Source of the DNA: the human T2T-CHM13v2.0 reference genome, Homo sapiens
Reading direction: 5' to 3' (one strand)
Assembly: GCF_009914755.1 (NCBI RefSeq)
Contig: NC_060934.1
DNA: 64,000 nucleotides
A model generated the notes under the pieces. The model saw only the letters and a list, made by a program, of their open reading frames with translations. It was not told where the DNA came from and made no database searches. Below, one piece after another: positions 63,651 through 64,000 of this stretch (the first letter of the stretch is position 1; every line of letters starts with the position of its first letter). The position numbers and the translations under genes are program-made.

Positions 63651-64000
63651 ATTTTTACTTCCCAGGTCCTTGCCCCGGTACCTGCACAGGACCCCACTCT
63701 CAGGGCCAAGATGCGGCTTGTCCCAGCCAGCCGACTGCAGCCCGGAGCCCTGGCCTGAGCTCCCAGTGGAGTCCCTGCTCCCACATCGCCGCCCACCAGA
63801 ATACACAGTGTCCTCACTGGGACACGTGGCTCTGATCTTGTCCCCTTCCCGAACCTGTGTCTTCCTGACCTGCTTCCATCCGGGCCTACTCATCTCTCAC
63901 CTCCACTATCGTTATCACCTCCCGCTACTACCCCTGCTGCCGGTCTCCTGCCTCCAGCTACCTTCTTTCTGAGTCCTGAGTCTGACCACATCACACCCCT

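Noticed and set aside
63264-63893. 209/164/110-aa Pro/Ser/Leu-rich ORFs
   Set aside because: These are translations of the polypyrimidine and (CA)n simple repeats.

Overview
This window is mammalian, primate-type non-coding DNA: it carries AluY, AluS, AluJ, THE1 and L1PB elements. I found no supportable protein-coding exon, tRNA/rRNA gene or CRISPR array. The long ORFs in the track are LINE-1/ERVL/Alu remnants or by-products of tandem repeats. Transposon content includes a near-full-length L1PB1-like element (10.7-17.1 kb, minus strand, with TSD) and a decayed, heavily nested ERVL/LTR16-type provirus (31.3-35.3 kb). There are also MaLR and MLT2 LTRs, MER DNA transposons, MIR/L2 fragments and seven Alu pieces. 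The outstanding feature is a ~5.9 kb array of a degenerate 12-bp unit, GGAATA(C/T)(C/T)(G/A)TGT, at 49178-55120. It switches strand with essentially no spacer at 53005/53006, forming a giant asymmetric fold-back of ~3.8 kb plus ~2.1 kb. The two arms are not mirror copies and each has its own higher-order duplications. Repeat subfamily names come from my recall of consensus sequences and boundaries of old elements are approximate; RepeatMasker/Dfam should confirm them. I cannot place the locus on a chromosome from the sequence alone.
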